DNA of 64,000 nt from a virus (Duplodnaviria; Heunggongvirae; Uroviricota; Caudoviricetes): positions 20,159-84,158 of IMG/VR virus record IMGVR_UViG_3300031760_000027. The stretch is one strand, 5' to 3'. Numbering within the stretch: position 1 is the first letter of the stretch; every line of letters begins with the position of its first letter. The notes under the pieces are model-generated. The model was not told where the DNA came from. It was given only the letters and a program-made list of their open reading frames with translations, and made no database searches. Positions 10,089 through 21,100 of this stretch are shown one piece after another. Position numbers and translations under genes: made by a program.

Positions 10089-12605
10089 ATGGCAAGAGTA
10101 CAAGCGTTTTCAAGCGTTTCTGTCGTTGATTTGACAGACGTTGGGGCGATAAATCTATACTGCACAAGTAATCAACCTTTGTCAGTAATTTACGACCCTA
10201 ATACAAATAATGGTACTTATACACCTAACTGGGCTTCTTCGAATTTGGTAATTACACCTGTAATATCATACAATGGTAATAATCTAGCATTAACAGCAAC
10301 AGGATTAGTTGTTAACTTTACTCGTAAAGAGGGGTCTGGTACAGCCACCGCTCTTGTAACAGGAGAAACTGTTACTAATGGTGTTTTAACTGTTAGTGCT
10401 AATCAATTAGCTTCTGTTACAAGTGGACAATTAACATATATTTGTAAAATTACTTATACAGACCCTAACACAGGTGTACCAATTTCTGCTGAAACAAGTA
10501 TAACTTATACATTAATTACACAAGCGTCTGAATTAAAAGATGCGGATATTATTGGCGAAACAGCTTTCTTATATGATACTGATAAAGTTATTGTAGGTAC
10601 TGGTATTATTACTTTAACAGCTTCATTAACTAATGTTAATATGGTACAATGGCAATATCAAAAATCAGATGGGACATATGGGGCTTATCCTTTAACAACA
10701 GGACATAATACTTCTATTACAGCCCCCACTTTAAAGGTTTATGCTGATGAAGCTAACATTTGGTTAAATAATAAATATGCAATAATTAAAGTTAAAACCA
10801 ATGATGATAGTGTTTATGATACTATTCAAATTAGTAAAATTTATGATGGTGCGGCAGGTTCAGCTACAGTTAGTGCGGTATTAACAAATGAAAGCTTTTT
10901 GTTACCTGTAGATAGTGATGGTAATGTAATGTCTGAAAGTGTATGGGGAGCAGGCGCAACTACAATTAAAATTTATGAAGGTGGTTCTGATGTTACCAGT
11001 TCTTGGACAGTAACAGCTTCAAGAGGTACAGGATTATCTGGTACTTATGATACAGCTACACATACATTTACTCCAAGTGGACTTACACAGGATGTCTCAA
11101 ATGTAGATTTTACATGTACTCGTACAGGTTATAATAATATTAGTAAAAGATATACTATTACAAAACAATATTCTGGTGCTGATGGTCAAAATGCTGTATT
11201 ATATAGTTTAGAGCCTGATTATTATGCCATGAATCGTGCTGAAAGTGGAACATTAACTCCCACTTCTGTTGTATTTAGGGCATATAAAAAATCTGGCGAA
11301 GATTTAACTAAAACAACTTATTCAGGAAGATTTATTATTTCTGAAACCACAGATGGTTCAACTTATACCGTAAAATATACAAGTGGTTCTGATGAATCCT
11401 CTAAATCTTATGCTCCATCAGCTAATACTGTTACAGGTATTAGATGTGTTTTATATGCTTCTGGTGGTACAACGACTGAACTGGATACTCAATCCGTTGT
11501 TATTACTGATGATGGTAAAACTGGTGCTTCTGGTGCAAATGGTAATAGCGGTATTTCTACTGGATTAGGAAACTATAATGATGTAATTCCTTGTGGGACA
11601 GATGGTAAAGCAAGCGCACAAAAAGATATAACTATTCCTTTCTTTGCTTATCAAGGTATCACTAGAGTGCCAGTAACGGCTACTGTGGGGACATTACCTA
11701 GTGGAGTGACAGTTAATTCTAATACAGCAGGTACAAGTAGTTCAAATGGTAATTTAGTATTAAGAGTTGCTAAAAATGCTACTTTTGGTAGTACAAGTCT
11801 TTTAACTGGTGATATTACAATTACATTAACAGCAACAACTACAGATGCTAATACAGGTACGACTTCAAGCGCATCTGTAGACCAAAAATATACATGGACT
11901 AAAAATATTAAAGCCATGGATGGTAATAATGCTGTAATTCTTCAATTATATTCTGAAGATGGTGGTACAGTTTCTACAACAAAAAGTACAACTACAATTA
12001 AAACTATGTTGACTTCTGGAACTGAAACTGTAGTGCCAAGTGCAGTTAAATGGTATAAGTTTTTTGGAAGTAGTTATGCTATTATTGATGGAGAAACTGG
12101 AGTTAATATTACTATTAGTGAATCAGATGTAGATGACCAAATGTGGTTAAAATGTGAAGCTACTTATAATAGTGTGACTTATACAGCATATTATACTATA
12201 GATGATACTACTGACCCTTATACTGCATATACTTTTGCAACTATAGAACAATTTAAAAATTCTCAAGGATATGGGGCTATCTATACAAGAGTATATCAAA
12301 ATGGTGTAGAAATTGACCCTATTAAATCTACGACTTTTAGTAATACAGCCCCTACAGGAGCATCTAATGGTGATTTTTATTATCATTTAAATACAACTAA
12401 TAAAACTTGTGTTTTAAAAAAATATAATGGAACAAGTTGGGCAGATGCTACAGAAAAAGATAGTTTAAGTTATAAATATTATAGATTAGATAATAATGGT
12501 AACGCACTTGATACTGGTTCTCCATATAAATCAACTAGATGTTTTTATATTGACCCTAGTATTATTAATGGTAGAATGCAGTTTATATGTAGCGTTACGG
12601 AATAA
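10089..12605 (+). CDS. Thr/Ser-rich beta-rich (Ig-like) structural protein; putative baseplate/fibre component
   Basis: 838 aa, very T/S/G-rich with repeated beta-strand-like segments. AGGAGG RBS. Confidence 0.35.
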   Translation: MARVQAFSSVSVVDLTDVGAINLYCTSNQPLSVIYDPNTNNGTYTPNWASSNLVITPVISYNGNNLALTATGLVVNFTRKEGSGTATALVTGETVTNGVLTVSANQLASVTSGQLTYICKITYTDPNTGVPISAETSITYTLITQASELKDADIIGETAFLYDTDKVIVGTGIITLTASLTNVNMVQWQYQKSDGTYGAYPLTTGHNTSITAPTLKVYADEANIWLNNKYAIIKVKTNDDSVYDTIQISKIYDGAAGSATVSAVLTNESFLLPVDSDGNVMSESVWGAGATTIKIYEGGSDVTSSWTVTASRGTGLSGTYDTATHTFTPSGLTQDVSNVDFTCTRTGYNNISKRYTITKQYSGADGQNAVLYSLEPDYYAMNRAESGTLTPTSVVFRAYKKSGEDLTKTTYSGRFIISETTDGSTYTVKYTSGSDESSKSYAPSANTVTGIRCVLYASGGTTTELDTQSVVITDDGKTGASGANGNSGISTGLGNYNDVIPCGTDGKASAQKDITIPFFAYQGITRVPVTATVGTLPSGVTVNSNTAGTSSSNGNLVLRVAKNATFGSTSLLTGDITITLTATTTDANTGTTSSASVDQKYTWTKNIKAMDGNNAVILQLYSEDGGTVSTTKSTTTIKTMLTSGTETVVPSAVKWYKFFGSSYAIIDGETGVNITISESDVDDQMWLKCEATYNSVTYTAYYTIDDTTDPYTAYTFATIEQFKNSQGYGAIYTRVYQNGVEIDPIKSTTFSNTAPTGASNGDFYYHLNTTNKTCVLKKYNGTSWADATEKDSLSYKYYRLDNNGNALDTGSPYKSTRCFYIDPSIINGRMQFICSVTE

Positions 12606-12654
12606 ACAAGGCAATCCTTAATGTCTTGTTATTTTTATGCTCAAATAGCAAGAC

Positions 12655-15600
12655 ATGAAAGGAGGTCATATGAGTATAAAAGCATACGGAACAGTAACTG
12701 TTTTAAATGTAGATGATGGGGAAAAGGGTGATATAGGTGTTAGTGTATCTTCCGTTACACCTATGTATTATCTTTCAACATCTGCAACTAAATTACAAGG
12801 TGGTTCGTGGTCAACTGCAAAACCAGAAATCACAACTGGTAAATATTTGTGGACTAAACAACGTACTACTTTTTCTGATAATACGACTAAAGATTCTACA
12901 GCTATTTATGACGCTACTATTACAGGAGTTGAAAGTAGAGTTAGTAGTGTTGAAAATACTATAACTAATAAAGTATGGTCATCAGATATAAGTTCTGCTA
13001 TACAAGCTTTTGATAATGGAACAGACACTACACATTCTACTATTAGAGATAGAATCACACAAACTGAAACAGATATTACTGGAATTAGGTCGTCTGTATC
13101 TGATATAGAAACTTCTTTAGATGGTAAAGCTGATGGTTCTACAGTTAGTGCTATATCTACAAGAGTATCAACTTTAGAACAAGATGTAAGTGGATTCCAT
13201 ACAACTGTAGAAAATACTTATGCTACAAAAACAGAAAATACAACTACTTTAAATACAGCTAAAACTTATGCAGAGCAATTATCTGATAGGTTTTATGCTT
13301 ATGTAGAAGGTGCAGGTGGGACTTCTTCAATTACATTAACAAATAAAGCTTTAGAAGCTATAACTAATCAATTTATAGTTAAAGACCCTAATGGAAATTC
13401 TACTATTATTTCTGGTGGTAGAATATATGCTAATTCTATCACTACAGCTATGCTTGCTACAGATGCGATTAAATCTACTAATTATACTAAAGTATCTGGG
13501 AATACATCAGCTTATTCAAATACTGGTAGCTATTTTAATTTATCAACTGGTAATATAGAAACTCCTAATTTTGCTGTAGATAATACAAATAGTAAAGCTT
13601 ATATTAATGGTGAGATTATTGCAACTTCTGGTTCAATAGGAGATAGTTCAACAAATTATTGGGAGATTGGTACAAAAACAGATTATAATATGGCTCAATC
13701 TGCCGCTCTTATAGCGCATGGCAGTTCATATATTCAATCTGGACAATTTATGATTCATGATGATAAAGTAAATACACAATCTTATGCACAGAATAGAACA
13801 ATAACTCACCCTCATTATGAATATTATTATAATTATACAACGAATGTTGATAATGCTATAGATACTTACTATGATTTTGGAATGCAAGCCCCACAATTAA
13901 ATACAACATCAAGTGGGTATGTTGCAGGAATTAGTGACCTTTTCTTATATGGTCGAAGACATAAAAATAATATTCCTGTATTAGAAACAGACTGGGAATA
14001 CTTTTTTAAAATAGATAAAAAAGGGGATGTATATACTCAAGGAACTATTTATGAAAAGGGTATTCCTCTTTCACAAAGATATGCTTCAATTAGTGATGTA
14101 GATGGTAGTTATTTACCGAAAACAGGTGGAACTATTACAGGAAATTTAACAGTTAATGGAACTTTAACAGCTACATTAGCTAGTTTATCTATTAATGGTA
14201 AAACTTATAATAATACAAATTCTGTTAATGTAGGAACAATAGGAGTAGCTTATGGCGGTACTGGTGCTACTACATTAACTTCTGGTCAAGTTCTGATAGG
14301 TAATGGAACTAGTGCTGTTACAACTAGAGTAATTAAAGATTACACAAGTGTTAGTAATCTTGGATGGACTAGTTCAACAGGTGGACAAATACTTGATGTA
14401 AATGCACTTGCATATTGGAATGGTAGATATAATGCTTCAGCTAGTAATTTACAATATTGGAAGGGTGGACAATTTGGTACAATGGCTAATGAATCCGCTA
14501 ATGATTATATCCAAACTACAGGTGGAACAGTATCAGGCGCATTAATTGTAAATGCTGAATTACAAGCTGACAGTATTAGTTCTGGCAATTTAATTGTAAA
14601 TGGTGTTGGTAGATTTAATAATGGTTTATATGGTAATTTAACAGGTAATGCTGATACAGCTACAAAAGCCACACAAGATAGTGCAGGTAATACAATTAAT
14701 ACTACTTATATTAAAGGATTATCAGTAAATGGTCAAACAATTACCATTACTAAAGGTGATAATACTACTACAACTATTACAACACAAGATACAAATACTG
14801 ATACTTTAGTTAAACAAGACTATAGTACAACAAATAATAGCTATCCAATTTTAATGTCTGCAACAGCAGGAATTTCAAGTACATCCTCAAGAGGAGCAAA
14901 AACAACAATAGTAAATAATGGATTATATGCTAATCCTAGCACAGGAAAAATCACGGCTACAGGTGGATTTGTTGGTAATTTAGAGGGTAATGCTAATACA
15001 GCTACACTTGCTACAACAGCAAATACTTGGACTAATAGTATAACTATTACAATAGGAAATACAGGTAAAAGTGTTAATGGTTCAGGAAATGTTACTTGGT
15101 CTAAAGCAAATATAAGTGGCAATGCTTCAACTTCAGATAGTGGATGGATGTCAAGTGACGATAAGGCTAAATTAGATGCGATTAAGATTAGCGATATTGA
15201 TGACGTTATTTCCGCAGATAGTATTATAGGTACAAGTGGTATAGACGTTTCTATTGTTTCTGGTGTAGCTACTATTAGTGGTTTATTTAAAGTCCCTACA
15301 GCTTCTGGAAATAATGGGCAAACTATTATTAGTAATGGTACTACAGGTGTATGGACAGATTTTAGTGCTTCATTAATTAAATCTGGAACATTACCTGTTG
15401 CAAGGGGTGGTACAGGACAAACAAGTGCTGTTAATGCGGCTAACGCTTTTCTTAATGCACTTGGCACAGGTTCAAGTACACCTGTAGATGCCGATTATTA
15501 TATTTCACAATTTGTAGGCGGTGGCACAACAACTACCACTTATCATAGAAGACCTATGTCCGCATTATGGACATATGTGAAAAATAAAATCAGTTCTGAT

Positions 15601-16866
15601 TTAGGACTAACAGCTTCTACCTATGAGGGTAAAGCGGCAAGTGCAGTAGATGATAGTCACAATCATACTCCTACTACTATAAAAGAAAATAACTATGTAG
15701 CAGCTGGAGATATGTTTTCTATTCCAAAGATAAACACTCTTAGAGCTAATCGTTTAGCATTTTTACCTGCTGACCAAATTATTATTGAAAAAACTACAGA
15801 TGGTGGAGTTACATGGGTAGATGCGGAAATTTCAGATACTGAAAAAAGGAATCTGTTTGCAGGTAATTTAACTAATGCCGGTGTTTATATACCTTTTAAG
15901 GATGGTGTTAGAAGTACTTTATGTGGTATTAGAATTACTATTACGGCTATGAAATATAATGTTCCTCAAGGGACTATCGAAACAGAAAAATATAATTATT
16001 GGAACTCTAATTATGTGACTGGAGTTGAACGTTATTGTAATTTATCTGGTCTATATATGTGGGTAAATGCAAAATCAGATAGAATGTCATTAAAAATAGA
16101 AAAAGCAACGGGTAAAAATTCTACAAACTGGATACAGATTCATAACTTTACATCAGTGGATAATGTATTAAGAGGGTGGGATGGTGGAAATGTAATTAAT
16201 AACTTAGGTAATGAAACTTTTGGTGGAGGTCTCACTCAGACATCTAATTATTGGAATTATAGATTTACATTTTTTACCGCTTCAACCACTGATGGTGGAA
16301 CAGTAGGTAGTGGTAGTCCTAACGATAAACAAGCTATTTCTAGAATATATGGTTATGGGCCTGGTATTTGGTATTCACCAAATAATTTAATGTCTATAGA
16401 CCATTTATATACTTGGGATATTAATCAGAATGCTCATTTTCCTGCCGCTATAACAGCAACAACCTTTAACGGAAATGCTACTTCTGCTACTACAGCTACT
16501 TCTGCTACTAAGGCTACACAAGACAGTGATGGCAATACTATAAGTTCAACTTATTTAAAATTATCTGGTGGTACAGTAACTGGTACTTTAGTTTTATCTA
16601 AAACTACTGATGCTAGTGGAACTAGTAATAATGCTTGTGCATTAAAAATTGGTAATACAGTTGGACAGCATTTAGAATTTGATGATAATGAGATAATGTC
16701 AAAATCTAGTGGAACTGCACCTAATATATTGTATCTTAATGCTGATGGTGGACTTATTTCTACTGGTTCTGGTGGCATTAATACGTCAGGTGAAATAACA
16801 ATTGGTAGTCATGCTAATTTAAAATATGATTCTACAATAGAAGCTTTATGTTTTAGTTTTGTTTAA
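12655..16866 (+). CDS. tail fibre protein with phage-fibre repeats
   Basis: 1403 aa. Motifs LPKTGGTITGNLTVNGTL, AYGGTGATT, ARGGTGQTSAVNAANAF, and a duplicated GN(A/L)..TATKATQDS(A/D)GNTI module typical of phage tail fibres. Confidence 0.55.
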   Translation: MKGGHMSIKAYGTVTVLNVDDGEKGDIGVSVSSVTPMYYLSTSATKLQGGSWSTAKPEITTGKYLWTKQRTTFSDNTTKDSTAIYDATITGVESRVSSVENTITNKVWSSDISSAIQAFDNGTDTTHSTIRDRITQTETDITGIRSSVSDIETSLDGKADGSTVSAISTRVSTLEQDVSGFHTTVENTYATKTENTTTLNTAKTYAEQLSDRFYAYVEGAGGTSSITLTNKALEAITNQFIVKDPNGNSTIISGGRIYANSITTAMLATDAIKSTNYTKVSGNTSAYSNTGSYFNLSTGNIETPNFAVDNTNSKAYINGEIIATSGSIGDSSTNYWEIGTKTDYNMAQSAALIAHGSSYIQSGQFMIHDDKVNTQSYAQNRTITHPHYEYYYNYTTNVDNAIDTYYDFGMQAPQLNTTSSGYVAGISDLFLYGRRHKNNIPVLETDWEYFFKIDKKGDVYTQGTIYEKGIPLSQRYASISDVDGSYLPKTGGTITGNLTVNGTLTATLASLSINGKTYNNTNSVNVGTIGVAYGGTGATTLTSGQVLIGNGTSAVTTRVIKDYTSVSNLGWTSSTGGQILDVNALAYWNGRYNASASNLQYWKGGQFGTMANESANDYIQTTGGTVSGALIVNAELQADSISSGNLIVNGVGRFNNGLYGNLTGNADTATKATQDSAGNTINTTYIKGLSVNGQTITITKGDNTTTTITTQDTNTDTLVKQDYSTTNNSYPILMSATAGISSTSSRGAKTTIVNNGLYANPSTGKITATGGFVGNLEGNANTATLATTANTWTNSITITIGNTGKSVNGSGNVTWSKANISGNASTSDSGWMSSDDKAKLDAIKISDIDDVISADSIIGTSGIDVSIVSGVATISGLFKVPTASGNNGQTIISNGTTGVWTDFSASLIKSGTLPVARGGTGQTSAVNAANAFLNALGTGSSTPVDADYYISQFVGGGTTTTTYHRRPMSALWTYVKNKISSDLGLTASTYEGKAASAVDDSHNHTPTTIKENNYVAAGDMFSIPKINTLRANRLAFLPADQIIIEKTTDGGVTWVDAEISDTEKRNLFAGNLTNAGVYIPFKDGVRSTLCGIRITITAMKYNVPQGTIETEKYNYWNSNYVTGVERYCNLSGLYMWVNAKSDRMSLKIEKATGKNSTNWIQIHNFTSVDNVLRGWDGGNVINNLGNETFGGGLTQTSNYWNYRFTFFTASTTDGGTVGSGSPNDKQAISRIYGYGPGIWYSPNNLMSIDHLYTWDINQNAHFPAAITATTFNGNATSATTATSATKATQDSDGNTISSTYLKLSGGTVTGTLVLSKTTDASGTSNNACALKIGNTVGQHLEFDDNEIMSKSSGTAPNILYLNADGGLISTGSGGINTSGEITIGSHANLKYDSTIEALCFSFV

Positions 16867-16869
16867 AAG

Positions 16870-18963
16870 GTGGTGATTAATATGGGATTACAAGTTTGGT
16901 TGCCACTTCAAGGTAATTTAGAAAATAAAGGACTTAGTAAAGTCACTTTAACAACATCTGGAACTCCAACTATAGAAAACGGTAAAATAGGTCAATGTTA
17001 TACTTTTAATGAAAATTCTTATTTACTTTCTACTGAATCATTTTTAGAGGGTGCTACAAAATATTCTTTGTGTTGTTGGTTTAAAAGTGATTATGATGGG
17101 ACAGCATGGAAAAGAATAATGTCTTTAGGAAATCATACAAGAGTACAATTAGATATTGTCCCAACAACTAAACACGTTCGATTCTTTATTAGTAAAGATG
17201 GGACAAGTTCAGTTTATTCAGGTGTTTATTCTACAACTTTATGTTATGATGGACAATGGCATCATGTGTGTGGAACTTTTAATAATGGAAAAATAAAATT
17301 ATATATAGATGGAGTTCTAGAAGATAGTGCAACAGGTGACGCTACAACTTATACTGAAACAAGTGGACAACGATTAGCAATAGGGGCTGTGACCACTGGG
17401 GACGGAATGTTTAAAGGCTCAATAAATGATGTTCGTATATATGATGAATGTCTTTCACCTATGCAAGTTAAATTAATATCTCAAGGTTTGGTAGCTCATT
17501 ATCTTTTAAATAGAAATGGTTTAGGTGTAACTAATTTATTAAAAAATGGATTTGGTGAATTAGGTGCAGAAAATTGGCAAAATGCTTCTAATATGTTTGA
17601 TGATGTTCCTGCTAATCATCCAGAAATATATCATAGTTATAAAAAAGTTGAAAGTAGTGAATTTATTCCTATTTATCAAAATCATGAATATAAATTTTCT
17701 ACTTGGATAAAAACTGCTGTAACTTCTGGAGATTCATATCCCAGTTTATGTCCTTATGATGTAGATAAAAATTTTATTTATTATTATAATTGCGCTAGTG
17801 GATTTAATCTTTCTACCATGACAACTTTGACTCAAGAATTAAAAAAAGGTGATACTAAAATATATGTTAATGATTTAAGTAAATGGAATGCCAATAGTGG
17901 ACATTATTTTAATTATGCGGCATTATTTGGTTATAAAGACAGTACTGGTTATACTTATCCAGATGGAATCTACACTAGAGATTTAGGAACTTTTGGTTCT
18001 GGAACTAATGCCAAAACTAACTTAGATAAAACAAATAATGTCATTACTTTAAATTCTGCTTATACGGGAGAGAATAAACCTGTAGGAACTAAAATATGTG
18101 CTTCTACAGCAGGTTCTAATTATTTCTATCCATTAGGAGCTATTGCCTATGCTTCTATAACTGATTGGGTTTATAAAGAAGTAACTTTTATTAATGATAA
18201 TCCTAGATTAGCTGTAGCAAAATATGTTAGAGTTTTTGCTTATGATAATTGTTATCAAGCAGGTATAACATTAACAGACTTAACTCTATTATCTACAGAA
18301 GATAATATAGAATATGACGTTTCTGGTTATTATAATAATGGAATAAAATATAATATTACTGATTATACTCCTGATACTCCAAGATACTCAGTCGCTACTA
18401 AATTTAATGGGACAAATAGTTATATTAATGTTGGTCGTGGGGGTATGGTTAGAGATGAAATTACTGTTAATATTTGGGGATATATGGATGATTGGACTAA
18501 ATATAATAGTAGATTAATATCATGCACTGAGGGAGGTGGATGGAATTTTGAACCTGCATCTGGTGGGAAAATCCATTTTGCTTTAGGAACTGGTAATACT
18601 TCTAATACATATAAAAGTCCAACTGGTTATACTTTATCGGAATTATCATCTGGATGGCATATGTTTACAGGAACATATGATGGATTTGTAACTAAACAAT
18701 ATGTAGATGGAATTTTAAACACTAGTAATAATGCTTATACAATTAAAACTCCAATCTTTTATCATGCTTCTAATCCTATTTTAATTGGTACAGAAGCTAG
18801 TTCCACTCAAAATCCTGCTAATTATTATTTTAATGGCTATATATCAGATGTAAGGATATATGCAACAGCATTATCAGAATCAGATATACAATCTTTATAC
18901 AATAACTCAGCTTTTCTAGATTCGTCTGGAAATATTTATGCAACTGAATATACAGAATCATAG
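16870..18963 (+). CDS. LamG/concanavalin-A-like lectin domain protein (two modules); putative receptor-binding protein
   Basis: YDGQWHHVCGTFNNGKIKLYIDGVL and GWHMFTGTYDGFVTKQYVDGIL are LamG-type motifs. Confidence 0.5.
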   Translation: MVINMGLQVWLPLQGNLENKGLSKVTLTTSGTPTIENGKIGQCYTFNENSYLLSTESFLEGATKYSLCCWFKSDYDGTAWKRIMSLGNHTRVQLDIVPTTKHVRFFISKDGTSSVYSGVYSTTLCYDGQWHHVCGTFNNGKIKLYIDGVLEDSATGDATTYTETSGQRLAIGAVTTGDGMFKGSINDVRIYDECLSPMQVKLISQGLVAHYLLNRNGLGVTNLLKNGFGELGAENWQNASNMFDDVPANHPEIYHSYKKVESSEFIPIYQNHEYKFSTWIKTAVTSGDSYPSLCPYDVDKNFIYYYNCASGFNLSTMTTLTQELKKGDTKIYVNDLSKWNANSGHYFNYAALFGYKDSTGYTYPDGIYTRDLGTFGSGTNAKTNLDKTNNVITLNSAYTGENKPVGTKICASTAGSNYFYPLGAIAYASITDWVYKEVTFINDNPRLAVAKYVRVFAYDNCYQAGITLTDLTLLSTEDNIEYDVSGYYNNGIKYNITDYTPDTPRYSVATKFNGTNSYINVGRGGMVRDEITVNIWGYMDDWTKYNSRLISCTEGGGWNFEPASGGKIHFALGTGNTSNTYKSPTGYTLSELSSGWHMFTGTYDGFVTKQYVDGILNTSNNAYTIKTPIFYHASNPILIGTEASSTQNPANYYFNGYISDVRIYATALSESDIQSLYNNSAFLDSSGNIYATEYTES

Positions 18964-18977
18964 AAAGTAGGTGTATT

Positions 18978-19166
18978 ATGAATAATATAAATAAAAAAGG
19001 AATTTGGACTACATCTGCTTTCTATGAATTGTATAATCTTAATATTACTGAATCAGAAGATATACCGTCTGATGTAATTACTGCAACAACAAATAGTAAA
19101 TCAAATGGTTCAGTAGCAATACAAACAAGCGATTATTTATCATGTAATGAAATCGTAGAATATTGA
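18978..19166 (+). CDS. hypothetical protein
   Basis: 62-aa ORF in structural operon. Confidence 0.3.
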   Translation: MNNINKKGIWTTSAFYELYNLNITESEDIPSDVITATTNSKSNGSVAIQTSDYLSCNEIVEY

Positions 19167-19173
19167 GGGACAT

Positions 19174-20058
19174 ATGGTAATTAAAGCACGTATAAATGGA
19201 AACGATAATTATACTTTTAAATTATGTTCTTGGGATGCCCCTAGTTTTGAAAGTTCCCAAGCTTTAGTTGTTCAATCAGATGACTTTAAATATTTAAAAG
19301 AAGCGTTTTCAACAATAACTAAAATAGAAATATTTGTTGCTGATAATATCGTGGCTGAATATACTACGTTTAATTCTTTTTCAGAAATGACTTATTTGGG
19401 TTCTGTGTTTGTAAAGCATGAAAATATTTTTGCAGATGCAATTCAAATTACTTTAACACAAGCTAATATTGCTGAACAGGTTAAACGTATTCAAGAACAA
19501 ATAAATAATGTCGTTGATATTGATGCAATGACAATCGAAGAGTATAGAACTTATTTATTAAATGTAATTAGTCAAAGATGTCAGCAAGAAATATTTGATG
19601 GGGCTGAAATAGAAATTTCAACAGGATTAAAAAGATTTACATATAAATCTGAAGACCAAGTAAATATACAGTCAGCAGTAAGTATATTAAGACTTGTTCC
19701 AGATTTAGAATATGTACCTTATCATGCCAGTAAAGATAATTGCTATTTAATGCCATCTAAAGATATGTTAAAAATATATATGGCATTACAGCTTAGATTA
19801 ACATATTTAACCACAAGATGTAATCAATTTAATATGTGGATTAAAGAAATTCCAACAAAAGAAGAACTTATGCAAATTACATGGGAATCAGAACTTCCTG
19901 AGTCCTTTCAAGAAAATTTAAATCAAATATATAACTATGCCCTTTATATTGTACAAAGAGTTTCTGAAGCTATTACAGGTGAAAATAACACACCTACAGT
20001 TATTACGAATGATTACGAAGAAAGTGATGAATCTGAAGATTCTTATAATGGTGAGTAA
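19174..20058 (+). CDS. hypothetical protein (acidic C-terminus; possible fibre assembly/chaperone)
   Basis: 294-aa ORF located between fibre genes. Confidence 0.35.
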   Translation: MVIKARINGNDNYTFKLCSWDAPSFESSQALVVQSDDFKYLKEAFSTITKIEIFVADNIVAEYTTFNSFSEMTYLGSVFVKHENIFADAIQITLTQANIAEQVKRIQEQINNVVDIDAMTIEEYRTYLLNVISQRCQQEIFDGAEIEISTGLKRFTYKSEDQVNIQSAVSILRLVPDLEYVPYHASKDNCYLMPSKDMLKIYMALQLRLTYLTTRCNQFNMWIKEIPTKEELMQITWESELPESFQENLNQIYNYALYIVQRVSEAITGENNTPTVITNDYEESDESEDSYNGE

Positions 20059-20060
20059 TA

Positions 20061-20549
20061 ATGAACCAGAAACAAATAGAAAATATTTTTTATATTTTAA
20101 TAAAAAGAATTATTCAATGTTTCTTTTTATTTTGTATTGGTGGATTAATATATACTACTTTAGAAACATGGTGGAGAGGATACACATTTGATTCAATGTA
20201 TATGTTAGCAGGTATCGTATCTATATTATTAATGATTCTAAATGATGTAGTTTTAGATTATGATACAGAATTTTTTATCCAATGTTTAACAGGTGGAATA
20301 ATGTGTACCTTTTTAGAAGGAATAACAGGTTTAATTGTTAATAGAGATTTTAGTCAATGGGATTATAGGAATTTACCATTCACTTTTTTCTGGGGGCAAT
20401 GTAATTTGTTATTTGTATTTGTTTGGATTATTATTTCATGTTTTGGAATTATTTTTACAGATTGGTATGAATGGAAAATAATGAAAATTGGTGAAAAACC
20501 TTATTATAGGTTAAAGATATTTAATATGAAAAAAATATATTTTTATTGA
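20061..20549 (+). CDS. polytopic membrane protein
   Basis: 162 aa with four hydrophobic segments. Weak resemblance to small putative-ABC-transporter-type membrane proteins. Confidence 0.35.
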   Translation: MNQKQIENIFYILIKRIIQCFFLFCIGGLIYTTLETWWRGYTFDSMYMLAGIVSILLMILNDVVLDYDTEFFIQCLTGGIMCTFLEGITGLIVNRDFSQWDYRNLPFTFFWGQCNLLFVFVWIIISCFGIIFTDWYEWKIMKIGEKPYYRLKIFNMKKIYFY

Positions 20550-21064
20550 TTAAAAAGGAGATTAGAATTATGAGTAATACTGTGACAAAGACTTTTACGA
20601 CAGCAGAAATTGTTAATATTGTAGGTTTTCTTAATCATATAATTGAAACTAAGGCGATTGACGAATTAAGTATTAAGTTTAAATGGGCGATTAAAAAATC
20701 TATGAAAGACCTTGTAGAAGTTGATTCTAAATTTAAAGAATTTAGAGAAGAATATATAAATGAACTTAGAACTAAATATTTTATGGATGACGAGAAATCT
20801 GAACCTACAACTTTAATTGAAAAAGATGAAAATGGTAATGACATTGAAGTTGATGGTAGGAAAGTAAAGCCTGAATATTTAGAAGAATATAATAAAGAAT
20901 TAAATGATATTAATGAAAAATTACATGAAATCTTAACAGAAGATAATGATGTAACTATTAGCGTAATTGATATTGATGCAGAAATTGACAAATTACCTGA
21001 TGATACTAAATTTACTTTTGAAGATTTAGAAATGTTATCAGTTTTTGATAAGGGGGATGCTTAA
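20546..21064 (+). CDS. hypothetical acidic protein
   Basis: 172-aa ORF with ATGA start/stop overlap with the upstream gene. Confidence 0.4.
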   Translation: MIKKEIRIMSNTVTKTFTTAEIVNIVGFLNHIIETKAIDELSIKFKWAIKKSMKDLVEVDSKFKEFREEYINELRTKYFMDDEKSEPTTLIEKDENGNDIEVDGRKVKPEYLEEYNKELNDINEKLHEILTEDNDVTISVIDIDAEIDKLPDDTKFTFEDLEMLSVFDKGDA

Positions 21065-21100
21065 TGGCATCTTCCTTTTATGAAAGGAAGGTGAGTAAAA

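Noticed and set aside
14841-15467. 208-aa antisense ORF inside the tail fibre gene, and similar 60-120-aa antisense/overlapping ORFs across the window (e.g. 1898..2246, 8983..9753, 11383..11917, 19937..20191, 23297..23976, 25304..26173, 27160..27876, 28788..29263, 30938..31150, 31759..32308, 32696..34010, 37847..38095, 42444..42659, 43146..43837, 44163..44381, 49143..49325, 50002..50566, 52467..53088, 55944..56180, 58032..58241, 59985..60263, 61585..61938)
   Set aside because: They lie wholly inside longer, well-supported genes on the opposite strand or in another frame. They have biased low-complexity composition (L/I/F/S-rich mirror of the sense codons) and lack RBS. Treated as spurious.
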